Source: Diploschistes diacapsis
Lineage: Eukaryota
DNA: 47,621 nucleotides
NCBI GenBank assembly: GCA_023645945.1
Contig: JALAIB010000021.1
Span: forward strand, 1-47,621
Reading direction: 5' to 3'
A program made the translations under genes and the position numbers. Of this stretch, positions 12,509 to 24,332 are shown piece by piece (position 1 is the first letter of the stretch; each line of letters opens with the position of its first letter). A model generated the notes under the pieces. That model was not told where the DNA came from. It was given only the letters and a program-made list of their open reading frames with translations, and ran no database searches.

Positions 12509-13453
12509 TTTCCCCCTAGTGTTTTGAATATACTGGTCTAAATGATCTTCAAGGATGGTAATTGAATCAAAAGTGGATGCGGTAGAAGTTATTGCCAAGG
12601 GTACGACGCCAAGACGAGTAAGAATTCCCCGTACGAACTTACGAAGTGTGACCCCAAGGAACAGCGAGACGCCACACAAGCAGGGGTGCTTCGCCCTACA
12701 AAAAGGGCCCAACGTTGTCCTGGGGGTCACTTCGTAGTAGCCTAGGGCTTAACGTAGTATTCGCGATTGCTGAATTAGGATAAAATATTTGCGAATGGCG
12801 AATGAATGATTACAAGTATTATACATATTTTTTGCTGTATATGAATTGGAACCACAATAGTCACAGTATCATGCAATTCTTCGCACAGGCATTGGGAAGA
12901 TCATACTGATATAGATCATCCTCGATTTTTGCTAGTCCGATCGACATCATGACGGAGGCAAAAAGTGAACATCACCAAAACCAATTATCAGACAAACATA
13001 GTGATTATCATTCAGCACAGCTGCTCAAGTGGTGGGCATTTGATGCTAACGGAGCAGCAGTGGGGCGTCCCAAGCTTTATGCAAAGCTGTAGCTCGTTTT
13101 CACAATCACATTGCCCAATGTCTGCAACGGATCCACGCCATTCTGGACAAGAATGAAAGTCGATGAAACTTTATTAAGGATAGGCCCGCTGGACACGTAA
13201 AGTCCTAGAAAGATGCTTGAAGCTCCACCAATGCGATGATGGTTGTCCCTATGTCTGCTGAGAGCTTCTGCATCAAAGCTGACGCCCATTCCTTGGACGT
13301 GCTAAACAGAAAGATAGTAGACCATTAGTGCAAAAATATCATAAATCGGTTTGACCCAAATTAAGGCTTTTTTGTGGGTTTCATAAAGAAAGAAAAGCGG
13401 AGCTGCTACCGGTACCACCAGACTGCTCGTCTGAACACAGTTAGGAATTAAGT

Positions 13454-15002
13454 TCAACTTCCTACATTATTGTATCCCTCCAGCTTTGCTCGAGATGCTG
13501 GGTGCTGGATCCTATCCTCGCCGAAGTTCCCGATTGGCTTGAAGATCTTTCTGCTGCCGAGCTCGATGTCGTCAGCACGGGAATAAGGATGCTGTGAAGT
13601 AGAGAATGAGCTCTGCTGCTCGAGCTCGGCGCTGTTGCTACTGAGATCGTCAAAACGGGATGGTTTATAGGTTTTGCGGCTGGCGCGCGTCCAATTTGCG
13701 GCACTGCTACCTTCAGAGATAAACGGCCGGCGGGTTGTAACACCTGTGATGGTACCGGCGTTCCTACCCGTGGATCGTTCAGCCATACGTCGGAAGAACA
13801 AGGAGGCTGTTGGAACGCAGAAAACAATCACACCAATCGCCAACTCAACGAAGCTAGATTCGGTAGTGTTTAGAAAAGCGCTGTTTCTTTGCCGAGCTCA
13901 CTCACCTAAGAAACTGGACGGGAAACGCTGCCCAGGTAAAGTCTCTTTGTTCCTGGACGAATCTCACTCTGTACACGATGGACAGAGCCGAAGCAATGAT
14001 CCCACTATGACCAACGATTAGTAAAGAGGCTTGCCGCTGAGGCAATGATACATATCATACATAAAGCCGGTCATAAAGACAAGAGAGACCTCGGCTTTCC
14101 GCCTACGTGACATCTGCAAACGCGAAACACCGAGGACGGGGAGAATATAGATGTAAACGTCCGCCGCCAAATTCACGCAGCTGACGGGGATACCGAGAGT
14201 AACAATACCCTTGAAACGGGGGTCTGTAAACGTCTGCTGCCATGTTTCGCCTGGGCGCGGAGTTGATTCATACGTCTGAACGATCCAGAAAGGGACATAA
14301 AAGCCAATCAACAAAAACAGCCCTGCATAGCAGGACCAGCGCAACCATCGCATTGGTCCAAAGATATGCAAGTAAAGGATCATGAAGCTGATTCGTATAA
14401 ATAAACCGATCAACGTCGGGAAAGGATTGCTCAGATAGCTGATCTAAGGCATTTTAGAAGCTTGAAAGTAGAGCACCGCCTGAATGTAAAAGTAGGGAAG
14501 TATTGGCACTCACAGTCAGCGATTGATTTGATACCAGATCTACCAGTGGTACATCCCAAATATGAACGCCAGTTCTGCCAATCGAAAATGCTAATGTGAG
14601 TTTAGCAGACAACTAGGTACGCCGGAAAGCCGCAGTCCCTACAAAGACACGAAGTAATAAAATAATAAACTACCCCAACCTGTCGACATCTAGGTTAGGA
14701 CAAGTGGGAGTTAGAAACAAGGCCCTACTAACTGCACCAATAGCAGATGTTACTATGTGAAAACTTCAGTTTTTGTCTGTCAGGAGTAAGGGAATGGTCC
14801 TACCATCGTCCCAACCAAAGGTACGGATCAAGAATATCTTCGAATACGTTCGAATCACCAACAGTAATATCATAACAACAAGCAAAAAACCTCCAATAGC
14901 ATAGAATGCTGGTGCAAGCACTGATGTGGCAGAAAAGTCAGGCTGAACTCCCTCTGGTGGCGGAAAGGCAAGTGTCGAGGGAGTAATTACTATGGCCGCC
15001 AT
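13454..15002 (-). CDS. PTH11-like (fungal rhodopsin-domain) multi-pass membrane protein without CFEM, about 7 exons, apparently intact
   Basis: Exons assemble in frame: AFPPPEGVQPDF, IRTYSK..FGWDD, GVHIWDVPL, ADVYIYILPVLGVSRLQMSRRRK, VELAIGVIVFCVPT, then a Ser-rich tail. Confidence 0.85.
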
Positions 15003-16059
15003 GTCCAGGCTCCGTTTTGATATCTCTGGTGGGATGGAATCTCAAGTAAAGATGCAGAGTTTCGCCCTCACAGTTGACCCTTTTGAAATGAAAATAGATG
15101 ACTGTATATTAAGTATAAGACAATGCGTTGATCGAGGGAAAGTTAATGACGTTATCGTTGACTGCCAGCCGTGTCCTCCATCTAATTGAGTCAAGTTGTG
15201 CATCTTCCGAGCATATACAATATGTGTGGCGCTGCTGTGCCTCAAGATGAACAAGGCAATTTCGATGTTGGGGCCCATACAACGCGCTCCGAGCAGTATT
15301 CATCTCTTGCACTGATCATCATCATTAATCCCTCCACACGCTGCTACCTTGTTTGCTCACCGGAAAATCTTGCCATTTTCTCGAGATAGCTTGAACAGCC
15401 AATAGATTACGATCGGTAGCCCGATGCTCACAATTCACAATCGATGTGGCCCAGCCATAGATGGTAATGAAAGCTGCAAGTACTACTACTCGGACCTATT
15501 CCTTAAACGGAAGATGAGAAATTGCTGAGCACGGCCTTGCAGGAAGTGCACATGTGCCAATACTCACATTATCATATTACGGTACAAGGACTGTCCACCA
15601 ACCCTCTTTATTGATGACGGTAGTCTATGATAAGCGACCCAAGCCATTAATAATAGCCTCCAAATTTGGTGGGATAGGACGGGAAGGAGGGAAAGCACAA
15701 TTCAGCATGAATTAATACACAAAGTATCTTTACGTGCGAACTCCGATGGGAACTACTTTCATAACCGAAACAGGCTTAATGTGGCTCGTGCTACAGCCTC
15801 GGATTGCCCTGAGGCTTCTGGACAGAAGCCGTGGCACAGCGCAGCATACAGTAAGCGCCTCTGTTATTAGAATCATCAATTTTATAACTCTGATCGTAGG
15901 CTCAAACCGGCTTCAAATATCATACAGGTTATATATAGAGAACCCTGGTTAGGTATGGACTTGAAGAGTCTTTTTGAAGAATTTTAAGCCTGTAGCTGTA
16001 ATGGCTAGTTTCGCTAGGCCGCGACTTCTTGTCCGCGAGCCTCGGCCTATCGTGAACTG

Positions 16060-17280
16060 TACCATGGTCGAGCCGATGGTACCTGAGGCATGTGAACGTG
16101 TCCCTCTGTATTGATTGGATTCTTCAAAGTACAGCAAGCCTTGACAGTATCTCGGTAGTAGCAAAGTGACGGCCCGGGCGGTGCATCTCCGAAGCTGCAG
16201 AAAACGTTTTCAGGGAGCTTTCGCCCAATAAACGTCTGTTTTGGCTACTTTACGGCCCCAAACTGAGCTTTGGCGATGCAGAACGTTGTTAGGTATCAAG
16301 ACCGCACTATTTTTCCTGAGCAAGTACTTATCTGCTAATTTTGTATCTTCCGTATCAATGCGCATTAACGGAAGTATGCTCTTTGTCGCAAGATCTCTTT
16401 GAAGTCGAAAGGAGGTTTACGATAAAAATAGGGGTTGGGCTCTTGCGATCAGGGTTGACCATTTTTTACTTACCTAATCTCCGAGCTCAGCGTGTAGAGT
16501 AGCCCGCGAAAATATCCCCCCATAAGCCCAAAAGCACGTTGGTACAGAGGTTGCAAGGATAACAAACAGGAAGGGGCTTTCTAACTTTGCAATATCCCGG
16601 ACGTCTAATCCACAGGCTTCTCGCGGACTGAATCTTGCCTTTGCAAGTTGGTGAAGCTTTCTTGAAGCCACTACTTTGATCATAGTGTGTGAAGGCGTCG
16701 GTCAACTTCTGGCGAGATGCAACAGCCTTTGGGTCGAACAAGCCTGGGGCAAGATCCACAAGAAGAGGCCCGCATCCTAGCTCAAAGACCTCGAACGCTA
16801 TTAACCGGTTAGCGCTACAGCAAGACGCAAATTCGTACCAAAATGCCTTTCTACTTCTGGATTCTTGAATGGATGTTCAGGGACGTAGACAGTTCTCATT
16901 GCAGCCCCGGAAATGGGTATCTGACCCAAGCATAGAGCAACCGAGGATTGCCCAACTCCAGTGCCGCGTTATCAACAGTGGACATGAGTTCCTGCAGCAT
17001 ATCCATTTGTAGGTCATCTGAGCCGGCGCCGTGACCAAACGCGCAGTGATTCTCCTTTAACGTATCTTTGTGAGATCGGCCTTTCCCTATCTTTATCAAA
17101 AAGTTGCGCAAGGTGAGGTTCAAATGTGGAGAATGAAATGGCCATCTGTTTCGCAATCGGATTGAAAGACAGGGTTTGTGAGTTGCCAGCTTGGTGACGA
17201 TGAGGGTCGATATTGAATCTCGAGGGGTGATGCTGGGGTGCGCACATGAAGTCCTGGTCTTTGACTATAAGCTACGTCCG
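16060..17280 (-). pseudogene. Decayed cytochrome P450 (CYP7/prostacyclin-synthase-like fungal clan)
   Basis: Collinear frameshifted fragments: TLSFNPIA, LYAWVR, HPFKNPEVEKAFWYE, ILATSVPTCFW, FKEILR (ExxR), EDTKLADKYLLRKNSAVLIPNNVLHRQSSVWG, and RPGRHFATTEIL (cf. CPGRHFA). Boundaries are approximate. Confidence 0.8.
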
Positions 17281-18290
17281 CTACTTTGAAGCCTCTACTT
17301 GGGATTAATTGCCCTGCACAGAGTCTCGAAAAGGAAAGTGAATTGCGAAAAGCTTAGAAGATATGGACTCTGACATGTCAACTAAACATATAATCACATC
17401 AACTATTATCTCCTAAAATTTCATACTTAAGAATCTTAGCTGGGTTCATACCATTACCTGTTACTCCATCATTGTAGAACTGGCTGACCTGCGATTCTAA
17501 GCTATCTTGGAGTAAAGGAGATAGCTTCAGAACTTGACGAGGGCCAATTTATTAGCATAATCCGATTGAAAAGACGAATTCTTGCTGTTTTTTGTTCCTG
17601 GCTATCCAAATATCTGAGGGAAGTCTGGAAGCAAACATCTATGAGATACTAGTAAGTTCGATCTTCTCACGGCGGACAAAAACTACGACATCGGAGTAAA
17701 CAGCACTTTATGTAATAGCTCAGGTGCTTCACCAAGCTCTGGAACAGCTCTAGATCGGCGATCTTAACCACACCTCTCTCCAAAAGACCGAGGGGCATAT
17801 AGTATCTCCCTGATCTTTGGAACGTATTAGACTGATGCCCTTAGAGGCTTTCTCAAAAGTTTATACCTAGCCGGCAATAGTATCCTCAGTTCTTCGAAGC
17901 GCAGATGCCATGAAGGTACCCATTAGACTTTTTGATATTGTGAAGCTCTTAAGCTGAGCTCTCTTTAGGATGTAAAAGCTCGAATCTGCACGTCCTCCAG
18001 AAAGAGGGTTTGGAGAGACGGGGGTAGACATTTCCGCAGAATGGGTTTGGCACTATCGTGTGCGGCTGGGTGATCAGTAAAGCAGAAGTATTGGTGTGTC
18101 TCTAAGATACAGACTGTTCGCATCGGCGCATCGGCGCACAAAGCACTCAAGCTTTAAGAGCAATGACGTACTTTTTTCGTGGTGTCGCGGGTTGCCATCT
18201 ACCTGTAGTATCAAGGACCCTGGTTCTACAATGACCTGTGGACCTTCCAGACAAGATTGTCTCTTCCGCTGTTACGCACTCCAGCATGCA

Positions 18291-19258
18291 ATGGCACTCT
18301 TAAAATCCCCCCGTCTTAGTGACCGTTTGTATTGATGGTGGTATTGTGAGTGCTCTTGCTATTGCCTTCCAAGCGTGTGGACTATGAGTTTTTGCTACAG
18401 CGCGTGATATTACCACGATGACAGATCTCTCAAAGCTTTTCTAATGTGACTCTTCTTACCTTTGATGTTACACTTAATGCGCAGATAGCAGCTGCTGTCA
18501 AGGTCGTGGAGGGTGCAGCTGGAGGGGTGCTGGATTATCTGATCAGCAACGTTGGCCGCAACCAATTCATGCCTTTAATGGACGAGGAGATAGAAGCCGC
18601 TAAACGCATCTTTGACACAAACTTCTGGGACACGCTGGCTGTGACTCAAGCCTTTATACCACTGACCATCAAGGTAAGGGGCATGGTTGTGAACAACGCT
18701 TTAATAGCTGGATATATCAATGTACCATGGGTGGGGAAAATTTATCTGAGTCCATACCTATTTCAGTCATTGGCTAATTAAATAATACTCAGGTTCCTAT
18801 GCCGCATTGAAGCGCTCCATGGAGATCATGGGTGATACCTTGCGCGTTGAGCTTGCACTATTCAATGTGAAAGTTCAGGCTCTCATTACAGGCTCAGTAG
18901 ATACCCAAGGTCTAACATATTTCGGGGACTTCAGTCTTCCAGAAAACTCGCTGTACAAGTCTATGGAATGGACTATTAAGGCCAGAGCCAATGGAGCAGG
19001 ACGCCCGAAACCAATGAAGGGGGCCGCTTTTGCCGACTTGGTTATTCCTACCATCATTGGAGGCGACAAGAGCAAGGTTTGGCCAGGACTGATTGCCAGC
19101 GCAGTCGGGTTTATTGCGGGTTGGTTTCCTCTGTGGCTCACAGTAAGATTCTCGATTGACTTTTTCTGAACATGGAATGCTAAAGACGACAATCATAGGA
19201 TAGGATGTCGGCGAACGGAACAGGTCTCAATATTCTGCGGAAGCAGATCCAAGGATGA
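18291..19258 (+). pseudogene. Short-chain dehydrogenase/reductase (AYR1-like) pseudogene
   Basis: Degenerate Rossmann motif VLVTVCIDGGIVSALA, in-frame TGA at 18385-18387 before VFATARD, frameshifts in the C-run (18307-18312) and T-run (~18437-18440). LDYLISNVG, FDTNFW, YAALK and DTLRVELALFNVKV are retained, as are two introns. Confidence 0.85.
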
Positions 19259-19899
19259 TCGCGCTATGGCTGATCAGATGCTACGATCTGGCACTAAGTC
19301 TGAGATCTCAGATAGCAAGGGGGTATGGAGATGTACTTGTACTAGTAGGAAGCATATTGTGATGCATACCACCTCTCTTTCACCTTCTCTGTGGGCGTAA
19401 ACCAATAGGATACTTTGACTCTAACAACCATTTCAGCTACTTTCGAGCATTGGGACAAGACGCCGGAGGCCGATGACACTCCATTCTAATTAGGTAGGTG
19501 TCACAGATCGTGCCGTGCATCCTCTATTGTACCAACAATTAGTATAAGATCTTCGATGTACTACGACTATTCAGTTAGCGTTTTATGCCAAAGCACTCGA
19601 ATGGGTGTCTGCCATTACAAACTTTGCGTCTCATGTGTTCTTTGCATGCCTGCGTTGATTACTCGTTTGTAGCTGTTTCCACACTCACCTCAATAGCTGT
19701 GTACTCGCTCAGCCTACTTACCCTCGCCTCGGTTGATTTCTATTCCAGATGCACTTCGCCCTTTGGGATAATGTTTCTGGTCGGGCAAAGACTTGGGATC
19801 AGGCTTGAACGATAAATGGTTTGTGAACACGGAACTATTTCTTCATTCTCTTCACCAACGTAACCCTAGTCACAGCCTTCTACTCTCAGATTTTCAATC

Positions 19900-21500
19900 A
19901 TGTCCTTTCAGAGCCAAACCCTCTTCCTTTACCTTATCATAATCCTACCTCAGCTTGTTCAATGCTTTTCACACAACGCAATATTAACATGCAAAATTCT
20001 AGATCGCTTGCTTCCTGGAAAGGTCTTCTTTCCAACGGACGCGACCTACAATTCATCTTTGCAATCATATTTCTTTGCTGAGTCTTGAGTAAGTCCAACC
20101 TGTATTACTTTGCTCACACATTCCGCCGATGTGGCCACTACAGTCCGAACTTTGGCCAGTCAGGATGATGGAGGTCCTCCCTTTACCATACGTAGTGGAG
20201 GTCGCTCTGCCAATGCTGGGCCGGCCGACATACAAGGGGGAGTTACCATAAATTTACGATACCTTAATGCTGCGAGCGTGAATAGCAAAAAACTATTGCT
20301 TCCATCGGCGCTGGGGCATTCTGGGATGACATCCATCAAAGCTAGATGCCGTAGAACTCGGCGCAGCCGGATCTCGAATTGCCACTGCCGGGATTGGCGG
20401 ATTCTTAACTGGTGGTAATATGTCTCTGGCCCCCAACATTTCGTCAACTTTACTAAGTTTCTATTATATACGATCGGGTGGTCTGTTGTTCTTCTTACCT
20501 CAGAAAGGATTCGGCTGCGATAACGTCTTGAATTACCAAGTTGTCCTCGCAAACGGGTCGACTCTTAATGCCAATGCTTCCTCAAACTCGGACTTATTCA
20601 GAGCGCTCAAAGGTGGATCCAATAATTTTGGTGTTGATACTCGATCCGATATCCAGGTCTTCTCGCAAGGAAATTTCTGGGGTGGAGCAATAGAGTACCG
20701 ACAAACAACCGATGCAGAACAACTGCAGGCGCTCACGACCTTCAAAGATCTAGCACGTTTTGATCCATATGCTGAAGTTGAGCTTTCGTTTCTTTATTTG
20801 AGTGAAGCAACACCTTCATCACCGCCAAGAACATGCTCTATACGAAGACTCTTCACAGACATTCAGCCCCAGCTCATCAATACCATGCGAATTTCGAACG
20901 CCAGTGCGTTTTTACGGAAAAGTCGCTGGCTTCCAACCTTCAAAACGTCGGTACGTTATGGACAAAGCTTGCAAAACTACGTCGCAGAGCAACATATGCT
21001 CTACTGACGCGGGTGCACACGCTTTGGAACAGCCCCAGACCTACGACTTATGTTTTCAAAGTATCCCAGCACCTCTACAGGGTAACTCTTTAGGTCTCTT
21101 CACGAGCAACAACCTTGCGAATACTAATAGTTCTTCCAAAGAAACCGCTTCTATAATAGCCTGTCTTCTCACTGGTTACTGGACGTCGGCAGCCGACAGC
21201 CCAGCTGTTGAAAATTCAATACAGAAGCTATTGGTGCAGGTAGAAGGCGCTGCGGAAGATGAAGAGTCCAAGGTAGGAAAAGCAAGCGTTACTGGAAGCA
21301 ACACGGGTGTTCCAGAAGATAAAGTAAAAGCACAGATTAGGACATTCGTCTACCTCAACTATGCATCTCCATTTCAAAATCCCGTCGCGTCGTACGGTAA
21401 TGGATCGGTTGAGTCGCTCAAGGCCGCCAGTACGAAATATTATCCATCGGGCGTGTTTCAAGATCAAGTACCCGGTGGTTTTAAACTCTCTTCACAATGA
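19900..21500 (+). pseudogene. Secreted FAD-binding oxidoreductase (berberine-bridge/VAO-like) pseudogene
   Basis: Signal peptide, in-frame TGA at 20086-20088, FTIRSGGR (cf. RSGGH), GFGCDNVLNYQVVLANG, DLFRALKGGSNNFG, and C-terminal YLNYASPFQNPVASYG...KYYPSGVFQDQVPGGFKL. The pieces lie in several frames. Confidence 0.88.
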
Positions 21501-22656
21501 CGAACCAAATGGTCGGTTGATAGATCAATTCTTGGTTGAGGGGAAGACATATTCTAATACCATGGCACTCTTGTCCGACATACGGATATACGGATATACA
21601 TACCCAACACATATACAAATGATCTAACCAGAGGAGGATTTTGTGACTTCTATAATAATAATATCTGCTTAGTGTCTTAGTATTGTTCCTTTAAAAAATT
21701 CGCGTATACTAACTGAACCTTGCAAGTCCATTTCCGCTGTATTGTTTGGGTTTCTTTTTAGCCGGATCTTCTCATCTAATCATCATCATCTGGTAACGAA
21801 TAATGCGTACATCGTAACCTCGTAATAATGTCTAAACAATTTCAGTGTATATGCCAAATGACAAAGTACAGTATACGAATTTCGCGTGAATTCAGGGTAC
21901 GCACGATGCGCGAAAGGCAAGTTATATTTTTAACATCTTCATGCGATGTGCTCGGTATACAAAGCTTGATACATCCTTGATAGTGACTATGGCCTGGTAG
22001 ACCGCCCAAGCTCTTCAGATTCAGAGTTGGGTAAAGGATTTGAACGGAATGTTAAGATAAGAGACCGAGAATAGAAGCCAAGGGGGTTAGCTCGGTCAGA
22101 TAAAGGGTTATAAATACTTATGGTATTGAGAGGGAACTTTGCCGGATTGAGTCAGTAGCTAGCTTGTTCCCTTTCACCAACAACCGTTGTCCATTGTTAC
22201 CTACCAGTACTATTGTCCAAGCTATGATCTCGATAGCAGCTTGCAGCTCAACCGCTTGTTAAAGCTCAAGCACGCCTTTTCATTGCTCAACTTGTCCTTG
22301 TGGCTAATGTCGGCTTTCTAACATTATCCAGTTGCTGATGTGATATATCCGGTTTGGTCATAATGGTTCGTACAGTCGAGCGATCCTACGAGTGCTGATA
22401 TCTTGAACAGAATTGCTTTTACTTGCAATATGGTGAAAATAGTAGTGAACAAACGCTAGGATTGGGTCAGTTGGTGAGTATCAAGGGAGAAATGTTGGCA
22501 TGCGATGGCGTTACCACGAGGGCATCTTAATCATATTGAAACAGCATGCTTACTCTTAATTTACAGATGATCAAAATTGACCCGCCTCTTTGTAGGATAG
22601 CTTCAACCCTATAGATCAAAGCAATTGGCCCTCCTTTTAATGGTCCGAAGCTGCCA

Positions 22657-23820
22657 TCAATTTCTGCCATGATATGGACAAACCCCAGTGCCTTTGGATT
22701 TATGTTTCGGATGCCTAGGGCACAAGGGGCTTGTAGGCAGATGCTCCGGCACATGGATATACTTCTCAGCCTCCTCATCCAACCCGGTCATCACCTTCGC
22801 GCGAAACACATCTTGCCTGTAATCTGGCTTCGGGTCCTCAGGTTCCATGACCAAGGCCATGCTTGGTCGTGGAGTATCGGGGCCAGCGATACTGCCACGG
22901 ACAAGGCTTGAGTTGGATTTTTTAGCGTGCGGGTCGTAGTAGTTTGGTTGCGCAGATTTTGGGGGAGTTGTGACCTTGCGCGCTTCTGAAGCAAGAAAAC
23001 TCAGGTTTGGAGAAGCTAATTCGATCCTCAAGCCCCCTGCCTTTTCTCTTGACTCTGACGTCTTAGGCTGGCCGTATGCGAGGTTCTTCCAGAAGCTTGT
23101 GTGGCGCGACTCTTCTTTGGACAAGAGGTCCTCATTAGAGCTGGTTGATGGTGACTGTGAGATACTGCGGTCTCTGTACGTGGGTTTTGTGACGTTACTT
23201 GAGCTCGACTTCTGGCTACCACTGGCTTCCACCGATTTAGGTGTCATCAAAATCTGTTCTTGATCTCCCAAACCTAGACGCTTAAACGCTTTTGAGGACG
23301 TGCTGAGTAGTTTATCCCTGTCATGACTATTGTATTCGTTAGATCTTAGGGTGTTGACAAAGTAATCCTGTTCCAGTGTCTTTGTGACTGGCCTCGAAGA
23401 CTCCCGAACTGTTGACCTAGGGCTGTTCGAAGGTGAGTCGGGCTTTGAGTGAAGGCTGCTGCGTTTCCGGTCTGGTGATGCCCTGTCGGCGTCATCATCA
23501 TTATCATCATCATTGGCGGCAGTGTCGCTAGACCATTCGGTTTCACTTTTAGGGCTCAATATTGCAGGTACGGCTGTTCGCCGTTGCTTTGAAAGCCTGG
23601 ATGATCCAAAATCATCTTCTCGTGGTGTGGGAGGGATGAACCGTAAAGGCGTGGGTGTTGGCTTTGGAGTCAGTGGCCCACCGAAGCCAGGCGTCAAGCT
23701 ACCAGTATCATGTACCGGTTCTTCGGTGCCGGGAGATAGAAGATCAAGATCGTAGCGCCGTGAGCTTCTTAAGGTTCTAGGTTGCGAAAATGAGAAATAA
23801 GAACCTTCGGTTCCTGACAT
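22657..23820 (-). CDS. Ser/Pro-rich hypothetical protein with C-terminal Cys/His motif
   Basis: Uninterrupted 387-aa ORF from ATG 23820, ending PEHLPTSPLCPRHPKHKSKGTGVCPYHGRN. Divergent from PIM1 (~510 bp). Confidence 0.75.
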   Translation of the reverse strand: MSGTEGSYFSFSQPRTLRSSRRYDLDLLSPGTEEPVHDTGSLTPGFGGPLTPKPTPTPLRFIPPTPREDDFGSSRLSKQRRTAVPAILSPKSETEWSSDTAANDDDNDDDADRASPDRKRSSLHSKPDSPSNSPRSTVRESSRPVTKTLEQDYFVNTLRSNEYNSHDRDKLLSTSSKAFKRLGLGDQEQILMTPKSVEASGSQKSSSSNVTKPTYRDRSISQSPSTSSNEDLLSKEESRHTSFWKNLAYGQPKTSESREKAGGLRIELASPNLSFLASEARKVTTPPKSAQPNYYDPHAKKSNSSLVRGSIAGPDTPRPSMALVMEPEDPKPDYRQDVFRAKVMTGLDEEAEKYIHVPEHLPTSPLCPRHPKHKSKGTGVCPYHGRN

Positions 23821-24332
23821 TTTAGTCAAGAAAAACGGAGAAAACATAGGATACGCAAGGGAGATCCGTAGGAGAAGCACGAGATGCCTGAAGAAAACAT
23901 TTCGCAGTATAGAAGATATTGGAATGCACGCTTAGACAGGAAGCTGCGGTGGTCTTCAATCGCCATTGCTAGAACGAAGAATAGACCTCTTTCAGAACTT
24001 ATAATCACGCTACCATCCGCCTTTGACGCGTGATATCAAACAGCAGGAAGTACCATAGTTAAACTATGCATTATATACTTTCGAACGCCTTCTTCTCTGG
24101 AAGAAAGAAATGTTTTCGCACGAAATAAGAGCACTCGAGTTGTTGCCGAGTTCGATAACACTAAATCCGCAAATCTCCGAGGATGCTCATCCGGCAAGGC
24201 TGAAATTGCAGGGATAATCAATAGGTCATCGACATCATGTCAAGAATTTCTAATCCAGCGGCGAAGCCCTTTCTTTTTCTTGGAGTCGCACAGCTTTCTG
24301 CCCGTACTTACATGGGCTTTCACAGCTAGTTC

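Noticed and set aside
21700..22500. Possible further gene relic after the FAD oxidase
   Set aside because: Partial manual translation showed no recognisable motif.
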